A program made the position numbers and the translations under genes. A stretch of 59,479 nt of DNA, the filler included, from Sphacelaria rigidula (lineage: Eukaryota), in the NCBI GenBank assembly GCA_964200075.2. It is 3 parts of 3 records of this genome, joined end to end, with 100 filler letters (N's around TTAATTAATTAA, not from the genome) between each part and the next. Parts side by side here need not be neighbours in the genome. Positions count along the whole stretch, not along the records: positions 19,873 to 39,634 come from CAXNAA020000617.1; 2 more parts are not named here. One strand, 5' to 3'. This document shows positions 26,849 to 38,679 of the stretch, in pieces. Position 1 is the stretch's first letter; every line of letters starts with the position of its first letter. The notes under the pieces were generated by a model. It saw only the letters and a program-made list of their open reading frames with translations. It did no database searches and had not been told where the DNA came from.

Positions 26849-26896
<48 letters not shown>
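26849..26896. repeat. (GT)24 microsatellite
   Basis: Direct reading. Confidence 0.97.
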
Positions 26897-26897
<1 letters not shown>

Positions 26898-27215
26898 GTC
26901 GTCCCATCTATCCTGGGCGCCGGTCTACACCTTTCGGTGTATGTGGGCGTACCAACCGGGGCCACACAGGAGGAACGCCAACAAGCAGAAGGCTTCGAGG
27001 TTACCAACTGACCCACCGAAGCGACCGGCCATATGGTGATCGCCTGAAAATCCTGGTGTGGGAACCTGAAATGCGAAACGTCACAATATCCTCCGCTAGA
27101 CTGACGAAAAGAGGGTCACTTCGTCATTTCTTTGCGACACCAAAGCTGGTAATTTTCGTCAACAGCTTGGAAGCTTGTCTATCGTACCAGGTTGCAGCTT
27201 ATTCTTCACTGCTGA

Positions 27216-28281
27216 ATGGCGATGATGTCCGCTTTCCGTACGTCACTATTGCTATGCGCCTTCGCGGGTCTCCCGACATACACTGCTGCATTTGGTCTTG
27301 GAACGAAGGCTACTATGAAACGGCCAGTGCCAGCTGCCCGTTGTGTCATGTCAACTGCTTCTCCTCCTGAGGCAAGCAAACCGCTGAACGTCATCGCCGA
27401 GGAAGTGTTCTCCGTGGACGAGCGACCTGTTCTCTTGTATGATGGGGTATGCAATATGTGTAACAACTTTGTGACAACTCTGCTTGATCTGGACAAAGAC
27501 GAAAAGTTTCGATTCACGGCGTTACAAGGGACCGCGGGACGGGGGCTGCTCGAATTCGCCAATCGCTCCCCGACGGATATTTCAAGGTAGGTACATAGAC
27601 GGACGGAAACAACAGAGTTCGTAAGGGGCAAGGATGGATAACCAAGCCGTGTGGAAGGCTGATTTCATCGCTGTCAAAATGCCATTTTTTGTTCAACAGG
27701 GGGTAGGAGCGTGCGTCTGTCCCACAAGTGGAAATATGGGTGTCATCTTCCGTCATAATCCAAAGCACTTCGTTTTGTTTCTTTCCCAGCCGAACCTGGT
27801 ATCATTAGGCTTTATAGGCCGTTTCTTCCTGTTCGTTTCCCCCCCTAATATCGGCACAGAACCCATACATGGGGATGATTTTGTAGTGAATTGGATCACA
27901 TGCGCGAAGCGCGATTATGGCCGAGCTTTCAAGATCAGCACCCGGCTAAGGCGGTGTTTTAAGACACAAGGAAAATGATGATCATTTCGTGATGGTGATG
28001 GTGAAGTGACAGTTCACAACTTCATTATCACGAGAAACCACGCGCTGTTGTAATCGAGCATGCTAGGGTGGGAAACAAGTGATACAGAGAAGGTAAAACA
28101 GCACGTGAACAGACCAGCGACTTCAAGAAGGGCGGCAATCACGCGCAAGGTGAAATGGGTATTGTCGCAGGTCGAAACGCGGACCGCCTTCCGCATGAGA
28201 GAAGAAGCAACAGCAGCAGTATCAGCAGCATCTTTGCTGCCAGTAGATGTACGCGGCTGGGGGTGGGTCTAAATCAGCCGG

Positions 28282-28324
<43 letters not shown>

Positions 28325-31300
28325 GTTCTTACTCATGAGAGAGACGGCCCGCGTTTCGATCGTGCTACAATGCCCACGCACCTTGCACGTGATGGCCACC
28401 GTGCTGGAAAACGCTGGTCCGTACTACCCGCCGATGGGCCTATGCTTTCTCACTAGGCCAAGTGCTGGGAGATATAGCTGCGCGAATCTGTCTGTGCGAG
28501 CTGTGCACGTCGGGTGTGTCTCGCACGCGTGGCTGCTGCTGGTGATAGGAATGAAGCCAGCGTCCAATACCGGGGGAAACAAGTGATACTTACCCGTACC
28601 GAAAATGCTATGGGGGTAACAATGCGGAAACAGATCATAGTCGATTTTAAATGGGAGGGGGCAATAACGCGCCAGGTGCATGGGTATTGTCGCACATCGA
28701 AACGCGGACCGCATCCCGCACGGGAAGCAGCAGCAGCAGCAGCAGCAGCAGCATCTTTATTGCCAGTATATGTGTACGGCTGGGGGTGGGTCTGAATCAG
28801 GCGGTGCCGATGCTGCTGCTGCTGCTGCTGCTGCTCTTGATCGTAGACGATCCGTTTTGACCGTGCGACAACACCCACGCACTTTGCGAGTGATAGCCAC
28901 CGTGTTGGATAGCGCTGGTACGTACTACCCGCCGATGGGTCTATGCTTCCTCACTAGGCCAAGTGCTGGGAGATATAGCTGTGCGCATCTCTCTGTGGGA
29001 GCTGTGCACGTGGAGTGTGTCTCCCACGCGTGGCTACTGCTGGTGATAGGATTGAAGCCGGCGTGGCTACCGCTAGTGACGGGAAGCCAACCGTCTGTCC
29101 CATGAAGAGCCCAACAGCCCACGCCTTGCGACCATGTGACGTTGCTCTTCGCATTCTCACGTAAATGTCCGTCCGTTCTCACAAAAATTAATTGCCAAAA
29201 TATTAATTTTCGTGAAAGTGATTTTGGGGGAGGCGAGAATGTGGAACCATCTCACAACCAATCGGAGTCACATAAAAAAGACAAAAATCTCTAACTGCCG
29301 CAATCACTTTCACTATCACGTCGCGTTCCCACATTTTTGCACTCGACAACACGGGCTCTAACACTGAGGCCGTGTCGAAAACGTGCGGTCGAATCGAATT
29401 CGTTCATTTCTGATTCGTCCACGCTATATATTTTTTCAGATGGTTGAGAACATGGATGCCGTGGACGTAACTGCAGGTACGAGCAATTTCGATTCCACCG
29501 TACGTTTTCGAGTCGAAAACAGTTGATAAGACACGGCCTGAGGATCCGTTTAAAATCAGCCTAAGAACTAAAACATGGGGTATGTCCTGTTTCACCGTAC
29601 TGCAGCACAAACACAATCACGTCCGCTCTCATGTGCTGTAGCTATCATTGTTCTGTGGTGTGTTTAGACCTTGCGAACACGGTTTGGTCTCCGCTGAGAT
29701 TGCCTGAATTGCTGTATTATTGTGTTCGTCTCTCTATAAAATACAGTATCAGTCGGGACGCAGTGCGGTCTACATACTTGACTGTCTGTTGAAATCTTCA
29801 TGTTACTCGAATCTATCACTTGCGCGATACCGAACATGGCTGGGTAAAGATACACAACCAGCGCCGGTATACACCGCTCGACCGGCTGGGCCAGACCCCG
29901 CGCTTCGATGAAAGGAGAAACCCACAGCATAGTGCGGATATACTGCACCGCCGGAGTACTGCTTGGACGCGTCAGCATAGCGGCTGCTGCCACTGGCATC
30001 GGCACCAGCGCTCGCGGCCACGGAAAGACGCAACCAATCACACTAAGATGGGGATATACCGATTCACGAGCATCGCAATGATCCACTGCGGCGGCAATGT
30101 ACCATTCGCTGTCTGCTTGTCTGCTTGCAGCTTCGTTTCTCTGCTGCTGTTGTATCCGTCCCAGCGCTACTGTTCACTCCTTTACTGTAGTACGTACACA
30201 ACAGGTGTGACTCGAGTCTGCGAGCCAATCACAAGCATTTTTCACTACATGGTGCACTATGATGGTCACATTTCATTGGGGCTAGATTCCACCGATTCCC
30301 TACCGAAGGGCCTCTGATTGGTTGGATTTCTCATCTCACTACAAAAATCCATCCCCACGTATGGGCGTTGTGCCTCGTATTGCGCAAATAACGAGGAAAA
30401 ATACAAGATGCCTACTTACGGTTCGTTTTTTCACAAGATTCTCGGGAACACAAGACGAGGGGAATTTTACGAGATGGGCCCTCCTGGCTTGTATATTTTG
30501 AAAAAATACGAGACGCGATCGACTTGTACTTTTCTCTCGTATTTTTCGTCCGCGGAGCGGCGAGACTAGCAACGCCCGCCAGCCCTGAAGATGTTTGTGA
30601 CCTGTCATCTGCAGGGCTCTCCTGACAGTGATATCGAATCCCCAGCGCCGTTTACACACTAGACCAAAATTTGCTTCGCCATCCCGGCGCACGCGAGATG
30701 TTGTCAGGGGATGATGATCTATTGGAATCGACCGTGCTCTCAAGAACCTGTAGCACAGACAGTACCCAGTGCAGAGACTACAGGATACTGACTGTGCTGT
30801 CTCATGCAGTGAGTTGTAGGTGTCAGTTTGCACACAACAGTAGTACGCACGGCTGTAGTAAAAATGATGCGTACTGTACAACGTGAGATATGGGGACAAC
30901 GTGCAATACAGACAACACTAGAGAGTACTGTACTGCCTGCACTGCCGCATTGCACAGTAGGATTCACATGCCATGCTGCACCCAACGGCTGCCGAAAATG
31001 AGCCGGACAACGTGCAGTGCAGACAGTACAAGGCTTGTACTGCCGCGTTCAACAGTGCAGGATCACATGTTAGTTTGCCAGTAGTGTACAACGGCTGCAA
31101 TAAATATGATGTGGACAACGTGCAGTACAGATCGAAGTAAGCAGTACGGTACTGTCTGTGCTGCCGTATTATGCCTGCGCGCATGTCAGGTTGCAGACGG
31201 TAATATACAACGGCTGCACTAAAAATGTTGTCGAGGAGTGCGGTACAGACAGTACGAGACAGTACTGTAGTACTACTGTCTGTACTGCCGCATACGAGAT

Positions 31301-34300
31301 ACGGCACTGAAGGATGAAGATGTCAGTTTGCATACAGTACGAGCTGGGACAGCAGCGATCGGGCGGGGTCTATGTTATACACCTTCGTACACCAACACCG
31401 GAATCTTGGCATAGCGAAGTCTTGAGGTCTTTGTACCTCACCTTGGCGTGCACACCCAATTGAAACCCGCTGAGCGTACTTGTGGTACCTCCTCGCTCTT
31501 TTGGTATCCCACCCCGCTGAGAAATATATATGGAACCGTAAGGCAGGTTCAACTCTCTCATTGTATTTTTCGAGCGGTTTTTTTCCTCGTGATATTTGCA
31601 AAATACGATGAGAAAAACGAACCGGAAGAAACGGGCTAAGTTCCATATGCGCGTTTTTTTCTTGAAAATAAGCTTATAGCTTTTTCAAAGATTAAATATA
31701 TATATATATATATATATTTAAGCCCCGCTTTAAGCTTTTTTAGCGCAAATTAGGCGCGTTTTATGCGTCTTTTTCCCGTCCTTGCTGTGGCGTTGTGGCA
31801 GTATCCCCTCACGAGGCGCGCCTTCTGTTAATAGCATGAGGACAAGACGACCAGTTGGGCATTCGACGTTTTGGTGTTCATGTTTAATTAAAAAATGAAG
31901 CTTTTCTTCACTCATTGAGTTTGAAGGCCACAACATTCACACCCACACCCTAACCCACGAACTGAAATAACAAATGCCACTACACTTATGATACATGATG
32001 CAGGAGTAGGTCATTGTAGCCTCTAGACATGGGGCATTGTAGCCTTTGACCTCTCGCCCGGCAAGCTCCAAGCTATAAGCTACCCTCCCCCGGCCCCCCC
32101 ACTATCTACCGTTAGTCGACATTGAAAATGTTGTCGAACTCCCAGTACAGATCGTACTTGATAATAACCGCTTATTCGATCCGGTCACCTAACGCCATCT
32201 CCTGCTGGAGTTCAAGCACCCCCTCAAAATCGACAATACTCGCTCCATAGACGCGGACGATGGCTGGATAAGTACAATATCCATCTCCACGAGATACCAA
32301 CTGGGAAGCCTGTTATTCTTCTTGTTCCAAAACGATAGCAAACCGTGATTTGAGTGCGCACCTGAGGCCGTGACCAAAAAGTCGTCATTCTCGGACAGTA
32401 GGCCCGCCATGATCTCCGGAGTTACAGAGGGAAAACCACGAGCGGGCCGACCTCGTTCCCGGTGTAGCCTGTGTGCTTCTTCATATAAACGAAGTCGATG
32501 AGCTTGGCTTCGTCGAAAATCTTCATCAGACAGGTCACATTTTTGAAAATAGATTGCCCTGTGCCCAGGGCGCTTCCAATTTCAATTTATATCGGTGTTT
32601 GTGCTGTTGGTCTTGGATTACGGCGGTAAAATTGGAGCGATCTTGACTGGGCCCTTGATAGAAGTGGCTCTGGAATGAAGGTCTGCCGCACGCAACCGGG
32701 GTAAGGTGATGTGTCGTTGCATGGAAGCGTAAAGTTGTATTGAAGCATAAATTGTGTTCGTGTTATCGCCGTCGCCCTACATTCGCAAGGCCCCGCAGCA
32801 AGCCGGGGCTGAGACGCGAGCCGTTCCCCGGCAAATTCCCGCTAGGTTGTCCCGCACTAGTCCCAGCCACTACCATGCCTGTTTTGAAGTACACGTACAG
32901 GACTTGCTTCCCGGTATGCCACAGACTATCGAAGAAGACCGACGCGCTAGGGCCACCCCCATGCATACAATCGTACTTGAGCCACCTTCCTTGCAAACGG
33001 AACTCTGTGACGTAGTGGGCGCCGCCGCCGATGAGATACACAACCGAAACCAGGGAGTACTCTGCGCCCAGAGTGATGGTCGGGGATGCATCCGTAGGGA
33101 CGCCAGCTTGTGCGTACACGTCGACAGCGCTCGATGAAAGGAAGAGGCGGTCGGGGGCATTGTCGGACCACCGCAGAAAATTCCATAAACAAAAGTCCGA
33201 AGGGACCATCCCGCACGAAGGACAAATTCCCGTCCCTGGGAAAGAGAAATCGAGACAAGAACCTCCTGCGAACAAGCGAGGCGGCGAATCGGGTGATCTT
33301 CATTATGGGCAGATATGGCTTTGCAATTTGGTGTCAATGAACCGGCCCAACACACATTCTGCGCAGACCGTACAGGCCAGGACTGTCCTGTTTGTGCCGT
33401 TTATACTGCCTGTATGTTGAATACAACTAAACAAGTACCGCTTCACGTAGATTTTCTTTGGGAACTGCCACTACCTCAGTGTTGTATATTCTTTTGGCCA
33501 CACCACGTTCACAACATTTCCTTTTTTTTTTGCCGCCTCTCCCTGTGTTGTGTCGCAGTTCTGCTCCGGGAAAAAAGTTCGACTAACCGTTTTTTTGCGA
33601 TATATTTTTTGCGACTTGGTTTTTGCGACTCGTGTTTTGCTACTTTTTCCCACTCTAAAACCCCCATTGATTTCGGTGTTTTGGGGAAAACTTTGTCAAA
33701 CAGAAACCAAACGCATCTTGCTCCAAGGGGCACCTGGACACACAGCAGTTGCTGCTGCCTACCTAGTATCATCCTCCGAATCGAAGTCTTCAGTGAGAGC
33801 GCCCAGCGTGCAGCTGCTTGACGCTTGACGCTGTCTCCTCTTTGCCCGAGAAACAGTAGTTTGCAACTTTTACTTGGTTGCACATGATCACGTACTTTGC
33901 CCGCGTTTGGGCAGACAGCCGTCTTCATACAACGCATATATCTACTATGCTGTTCTATCTAGTGTAAATAGTACCGTGTATAAAGAATAGAAAGTGGAAC
34001 GTTTTGCTGATCAGACCCACAACAACATGGGAAACAAGACACGACCATGGAGCAAGACTACGGTAGAGGTTGCACTTTTTTAGCGAAAACGTTTCTCGGT
34101 GCTGTTTGGGGTGTTGGACGGATCATGTTGAGAATCGGCACCATTTTTACTTGAAAAATACAAAAAATGATGCCGATTCACGAAAAGGCCCCTTTGTGGG
34201 AAAACCATATTTCTGGGAGTCCGGTTCCCGGAGATTTCGGTTGCACAGTAAGCCCCACATATTTGGGCCCCTACAAAAAAGAGACTCAGAAGCAAAAAAA

Positions 34301-37300
34301 AAGTGCAATCCCTACTGTAGCATTGCAAAAAAGAGACTCAGAAACAAAAAGTGCAATCCTTACTGTAGCACTGCAACGTAAAATGTTTGAAGTATTGAAG
34401 CCTGTCGGCCTGTCGGCCTGTCTGGTGACGAGTCACGCCACATGGAGCACTTACGGGCAGCTGGCTGCAGGAGGCGCATAAAACATTATCGCAACATTAT
34501 GCGCATTTCAAGCATGTTAACCCTTTGGGAAACCGTTGACGATTTTTGTTTTTGTGAATCGGCATCATTTTGACTTGAAAATGACTGAAAATGATGCCGA
34601 TTCGTAAAAACAAAAATCATCAATGGGTTCCAGAAGAGTTGAGCTTGTTTTGAGCATATTGAGCTAATTCTAAGCTTCGCGACAAAAAGGTCTTTCGAAG
34701 CTCAAAACCCCCAAATTAGGCTAAACCTCATGCGCACACACGGAACTAAAGCCGAGATATCACCTAAAAAACGGGGGGTGTGACATCTATACATCTCCTT
34801 CCCAAAAACATGACTAAGGCCACTTCTGATGTATAAAAAAACTTTTTGAAAAGTGCACTTTTGGCTTTTCTTCATCGTTTTTCGCCCGAAAAGAGGGCTA
34901 GGCGGTGGTTGGCAAGGTCTAAACACACGATTGTGCAGTGACAGGTGCAGCACATGAGAGAGCCAGTCTACATGTGCTGTAGTACAGTAGAATATGACAT
35001 ATCCCATTTTCTCGTGACAAATTCTCAACAGGTCCTCAAGCGTTTATAACCGTCCCCCAATTCTGGGCGCTTGGCCTGAATTCAGCAACTTTTTGGGGTC
35101 CGTTGAGAATTTGGAGGTCGAAATCTCGAAGATTTTCTTCCCTAATGGTCGTTTTTGTGACCACCCGTTCAAAATTGTTGGAAAATAAAATCTGGACGGC
35201 TCCCATTAGACTCGGTCTAAGATGTGGGTTTTCGGCCAATTATCAAAAACGGCTTTTTTCATTATGGTTTTTTGATACAGAACAAGTGGCCTTAGGCTAC
35301 TTGCCATGTATAAAAACCTCGATAAAAAACGCGGCCTCTGATGAATGACCAAAAACCCACTTCTTACGTGATCAGAAAACGCGTTTTTTTATGGACAAAT
35401 TTCTGATAACATTTTCCAATAGCCCAAAGCTATCAGAAAATCAGGATTTTCTGATAGCTTTGGGCTATTGGAGAATGTTACCGAAAACGCGTTTGAAATC
35501 CCGCCGCACGCCAACACATCCTCCAGCCTACGACAGCAGCCATGATGGCTTGGCAGCCATCACCAACGCTCTCGCTGGTGCTCGCGGACAGTCAGCGTGT
35601 TGTTCCATTGTCCTTCGCTCGCCAGTATCGTGGTGGCCCTTTATTCCATGAAAACAGCACAGGGCAGGGTCGATGACGAGTGCTGTACATCTTGGAATGA
35701 CTCGTTCAACTCATTGAGATTATTCCAAAGCACCTTCGCGTTTTCCGTAGGTCACAACTTCGTTTTTGACTAAACTTGCATTTTGAGCAACGAACGGTCA
35801 AGTGATGAAAAAATAGGGGGAAAATGCAATTTTTTCCATGAACGTGTGTCGTTTGTGCCTCAGCCTTTCATCGAAAAGAATCTCGCGTCCAGCCAGCACA
35901 TATCGCAAAAAGAATTGGCTTGGGAAGCCTACTCATATTATCCCCGACCATGTACAAGGACGACGAAAGGAAACGTGCCGTCTAGGTGCGTCTGGACGAC
36001 GAGCGTCGTGTACCCCACAGCGGCGACAACTTCCGATCTTGATCGAAACAAACCAGCTCGAAATTCCACCACCCAAGAGCCATCAGCAGGTTATCCTCTA
36101 ACCAATGTATGCATTTCTATATTTTCACGGTGGCTTGTACTCGTCAAGGTTTGGAAGTTGGACCGGTGATAGGGACCAAGTGCATGGACTCCGATCAAAT
36201 ACGCGAGCTATTCGTCATCACCTACAAAATTTATCGAGGCGTTCCATTGGTGCGTACATAGTGTCCATGCCAGGCGCAACACTGAGCAAGATGGAAGACA
36301 CCTTTCTGACCGAATCATGACAAAGTAAAAAATATACCCAAAAGACCACCTGGAGGGGGGGGGGGGAACGTACGAAAATCCCGCCGGTTGGCTGTGTGCC
36401 GGAGTCGACGACTCTTCACAATTACTCTTCACGATGTTCCGGGCGCAAGAGTTCCGGGCGCAAGAGTTGATGTACTACCACAGACCGATGGCGATTTGAC
36501 CACGGCGTCACCGATAGCTTTCTCAAGCAACCGTTCACACATTGGACAGCTTGTGAACTAGCCCATCTGCGGGCTGTAGCTCATTGTAGTCTAACATGTA
36601 CATGTGAACTACGCCCGATAGCTCACCCAGGGTGAACATGCGTTGATGAGCTACGGTTTGGTAACCCACCCAGGACAAAAATGCGTAGCTCATGCGGCTT
36701 TCATGGCTCACCCAGGGGAAATATGCATCGATGAACTACGGGTTGGTAGCTCACCTAGGGCAAACATGAGTAGCTCATGTAGCTCTCATGGCTCACCTAG
36801 GACAAGCATGCGTAGCCCATGTAGCTCTCATAGCTCACCTAGGGCAAACATACGTAGCTCATGTTGCTCCCATGGCTCACCCAGGGCAAACGTGCGTAGC
36901 TCATGTAGCTCTCATAGCACCTAGGGCAAACATGCGTAGCTCATGTAGCTCTCATAGCTCACCCACGGAAAACATACCTCTCACGTACCTCTCATAGCTC
37001 AGTATGGAGCTACGCTAAAACAGAGCTAGCTCGAGCTACAGGGAGTCCGTCTGTCCGACGTTTGCAACCGTTGTCTTTTCGGTGCTCCTTGCACGACAGA
37101 GTTTCACACGTTCCATGTAAGTTTTACTCGACTTGAAGGCGGCGGGCTAATCCAACACTTGCTGCAGCCGAACGACCAACATCGAATCTTTCGCAAGGGT
37201 GATACGCCTTGACGAATGGGGTAGAAGTTCCACTGTTGTCGAGTCACTGAGGATATCACTGATTGTCCGTGTGCCTTCGCATTAAATACACGCAGTATTG

Positions 37301-37416
37301 TCCTCGTGGAGAAGAGCGGGGAGTGCCGCATACAATCGGATGCAGTGCTCCGGATAGGTCGCTTGCTCGGAGGACCTGTAGGGATTCTTCTGCTACCCGG
37401 TGTTTTAGTACCCAAG
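27216..37416 (+). CDS. DCC-family (DUF393) thiol-disulfide oxidoreductase, probably plastid-targeted; 3' end not in segment
   Basis: Exon 1 is 27216-27586: hydrophobic signal peptide, TAAF, transit-like region, PVLLYDGVCNMCNNFV (DxxCxxC), FRFTALQ. Exon 2 is 37296-37416: SIVLVEKSGECRIQSDAVLRIGRLLGG...VPK, with phase matching exon 1. The expected RD..Y..A.NRY exon was not found. Confidence 0.9.
28140..29063. repeat. Tandem duplication (~525-bp spacing) containing CAG and CTG tracts
   Basis: ATGGGTATTGTCGCA..CGAAACGCGGACCGC at 28155 and 28680. The block TACTACCCGCCGATGGG..AGGCCAAGTGCTGGGAGATATAGCTG is shared in both copies. Confidence 0.9.
30740..31310. repeat. Degenerate minisatellite (~110-120-bp period, CAGTAC/GTACTG-rich)
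   Basis: ACAACGTGCA..ACAGAC..TACTG recurs near 30897, 31007, 31114 and 31238. Confidence 0.6.
32150..32560 (-). mobile_element. hAT transposase C-terminal dimerisation-domain remnant
   Basis: LLSFWNKKNNRLPSWYLVEMDIVLIQPSSASMERVLSIL matches the hATC pattern W..LP.W....l.PSSA..ERvFS. The upstream part is frameshifted. Confidence 0.8.
32763..33275 (-). pseudogene. Ubiquitin-specific protease (peptidase C19)-like His-box fragment, TE-associated
   Basis: CPSCG, then YSLVSVVYLIGGGAHYVTEFRLQGRWLKYDCM...VLYVY, resembling the USP pattern Y.L..V..H.G....GHY.....W..FDD...YLLFY. The Cys box was not identified. Confidence 0.55.
34061..34367. mobile_element. Tc1/mariner-type MITE (same family as 7195-7425, inverted) with duplicated right end
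   Basis: TA|CGGTAGAGGTTGCACTTTTT ... AAAAGTGCAATCCCTACTG|TA (34061-34317), followed by a ~48-bp tandem duplication of the end and flank. Confidence 0.85.
34521..34638. mobile_element. piggyBac-like foldback MITE
   Basis: TTAA|CCCTTTGGGAAACC...GGTTCCAGAAGAG|TTGA. The element is almost wholly palindromic. Confidence 0.6.
35407..35480. repeat. Near-perfect 74-bp palindrome
   Basis: 36-bp arms with one mismatch and a 2-nt spacer. Confidence 0.9.
36574..37043. repeat. 42-bp tandem array with short inverted ends (MITE-like)
   Basis: Unit GTAGCTCATGTAGCTCTCATAGCTCACCYAGGGCAAACATGC, about 8-9 degenerate copies. Ends CTGTAGCTC ... GAGCTACAG. Confidence 0.8.
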
Positions 37417-38679
37417 GTAGGTGTTTCCTGTTATTTGTTTTAGTGGTGAGGGAACTCGTAAAGGTTTCCACACCCTGAACAAGAGACAATCGAAAGTTGC
37501 GACAAAACAATGTGTACCTCGTAAAGGATCGAGCCCATTATCTTGCAATACAAGAAGTGTACCACGTCGTCAAGTGTCGAGCCTATTTTCTGACAATAGC
37601 CTTGACACTTCGCGCAGTACACTTTTCCCTATTGCGACTATTGATCGCCTATTGTCCAGGGGGTAGCGTGATGCATGTTACCATATTATTATCCGTCATC
37701 TCGCAGATGTACTGACTTATTTCCACACGAGAAAAAGACGAATCCCACCGGGATGCAGATGAAGGCACCGGTGCCCTAATCCGTGGTGGTAGTGCTGCTG
37801 CAGTTTGCGGGAACGACGGTTCGCGATGCTGTACCAAACTGTTCATGGTGTGGACTTGATTCGGATCTGGGTATAGCAATTAATTCAGAGGTTTTACAAA
37901 TTTGAGTTTGGAGGTGTGGAAACTGGACAAAATCGAAAAACCATAATCCACCGTAAGCACGCGGGAGGGGGCGTTCTCATGTGTTGCTTGCCTTAGTCGT
38001 CTGACCATTGACCACGCATCCCTTTCGAGACGGAGCGGAGGCGGGGTTGCGAGATACGAGTACTATTTGTTGTAGGGTGTTTTTTCAAGTTTCAGGTACA
38101 CCCTGAGTCATGATCCAATTCCACGCATTCTCTGCTCTCTCACCATGTTTCGGAAATTCCCTTGTAATGTGTCCCCTGCGCACAATTTATCTCCGACCGT
38201 GTCGTGGGTGCATTGTCGCTCCATATCCTTTCTCTTTGTACTAAATGCTTGTAAACATGGAAATGATCGCCCTTGTCTCTCGGCGTTGTGGCGACGTCTT
38301 CTATCAATAAAGAGTGGTGTACCTATTTCCTGATTCGAATACTTGTCCGCGATGATCAAAATGCCCCCAAGGCTTGCTTGCAGCGATGATCGCTTTTGGT
38401 CTACAATGAGAGTAGACATTGCGATATCGAGCATACCGGTACTGAATCGGCACTGACGTACGCCCGCAGAAAGAAACTATTTTCCACGTTTCTGTATGTG
38501 TGCCGGGCAATGCTGTAGAGATTTTCGTACTGTCCTGCGACAGCTGACGAGTATTTCCTTACCTCAAAGTTTTTGTTTTTTTATGGTCGTCTTCAGTCCG
38601 TTTGCAGTTCACGTATCACGTGGTTATGCCGCGAAGTTTTGAGGCTACCCATCTAGGAGTCAGCACCCCCCTAGAGTGT

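Noticed and set aside
26846-29105. ORFs with poly-VC, poly-L, poly-Q or poly-A runs
   Set aside because: They are translations of microsatellites in intergenic or intronic DNA, apart from DCC exon 1.
35626-35770. Alternative DCC exon 2 (SIVVALY...)
   Set aside because: It lacks DCC motifs, whereas 37296-37416 gives SIVLVE...SDAVLRI in the correct phase.
36574-37043. CRISPR-like array
   Set aside because: Units are contiguous degenerate tandem repeats without unique spacers; eukaryotic context and no cas genes. The same applies to 1674-1937 and 48799-49130.
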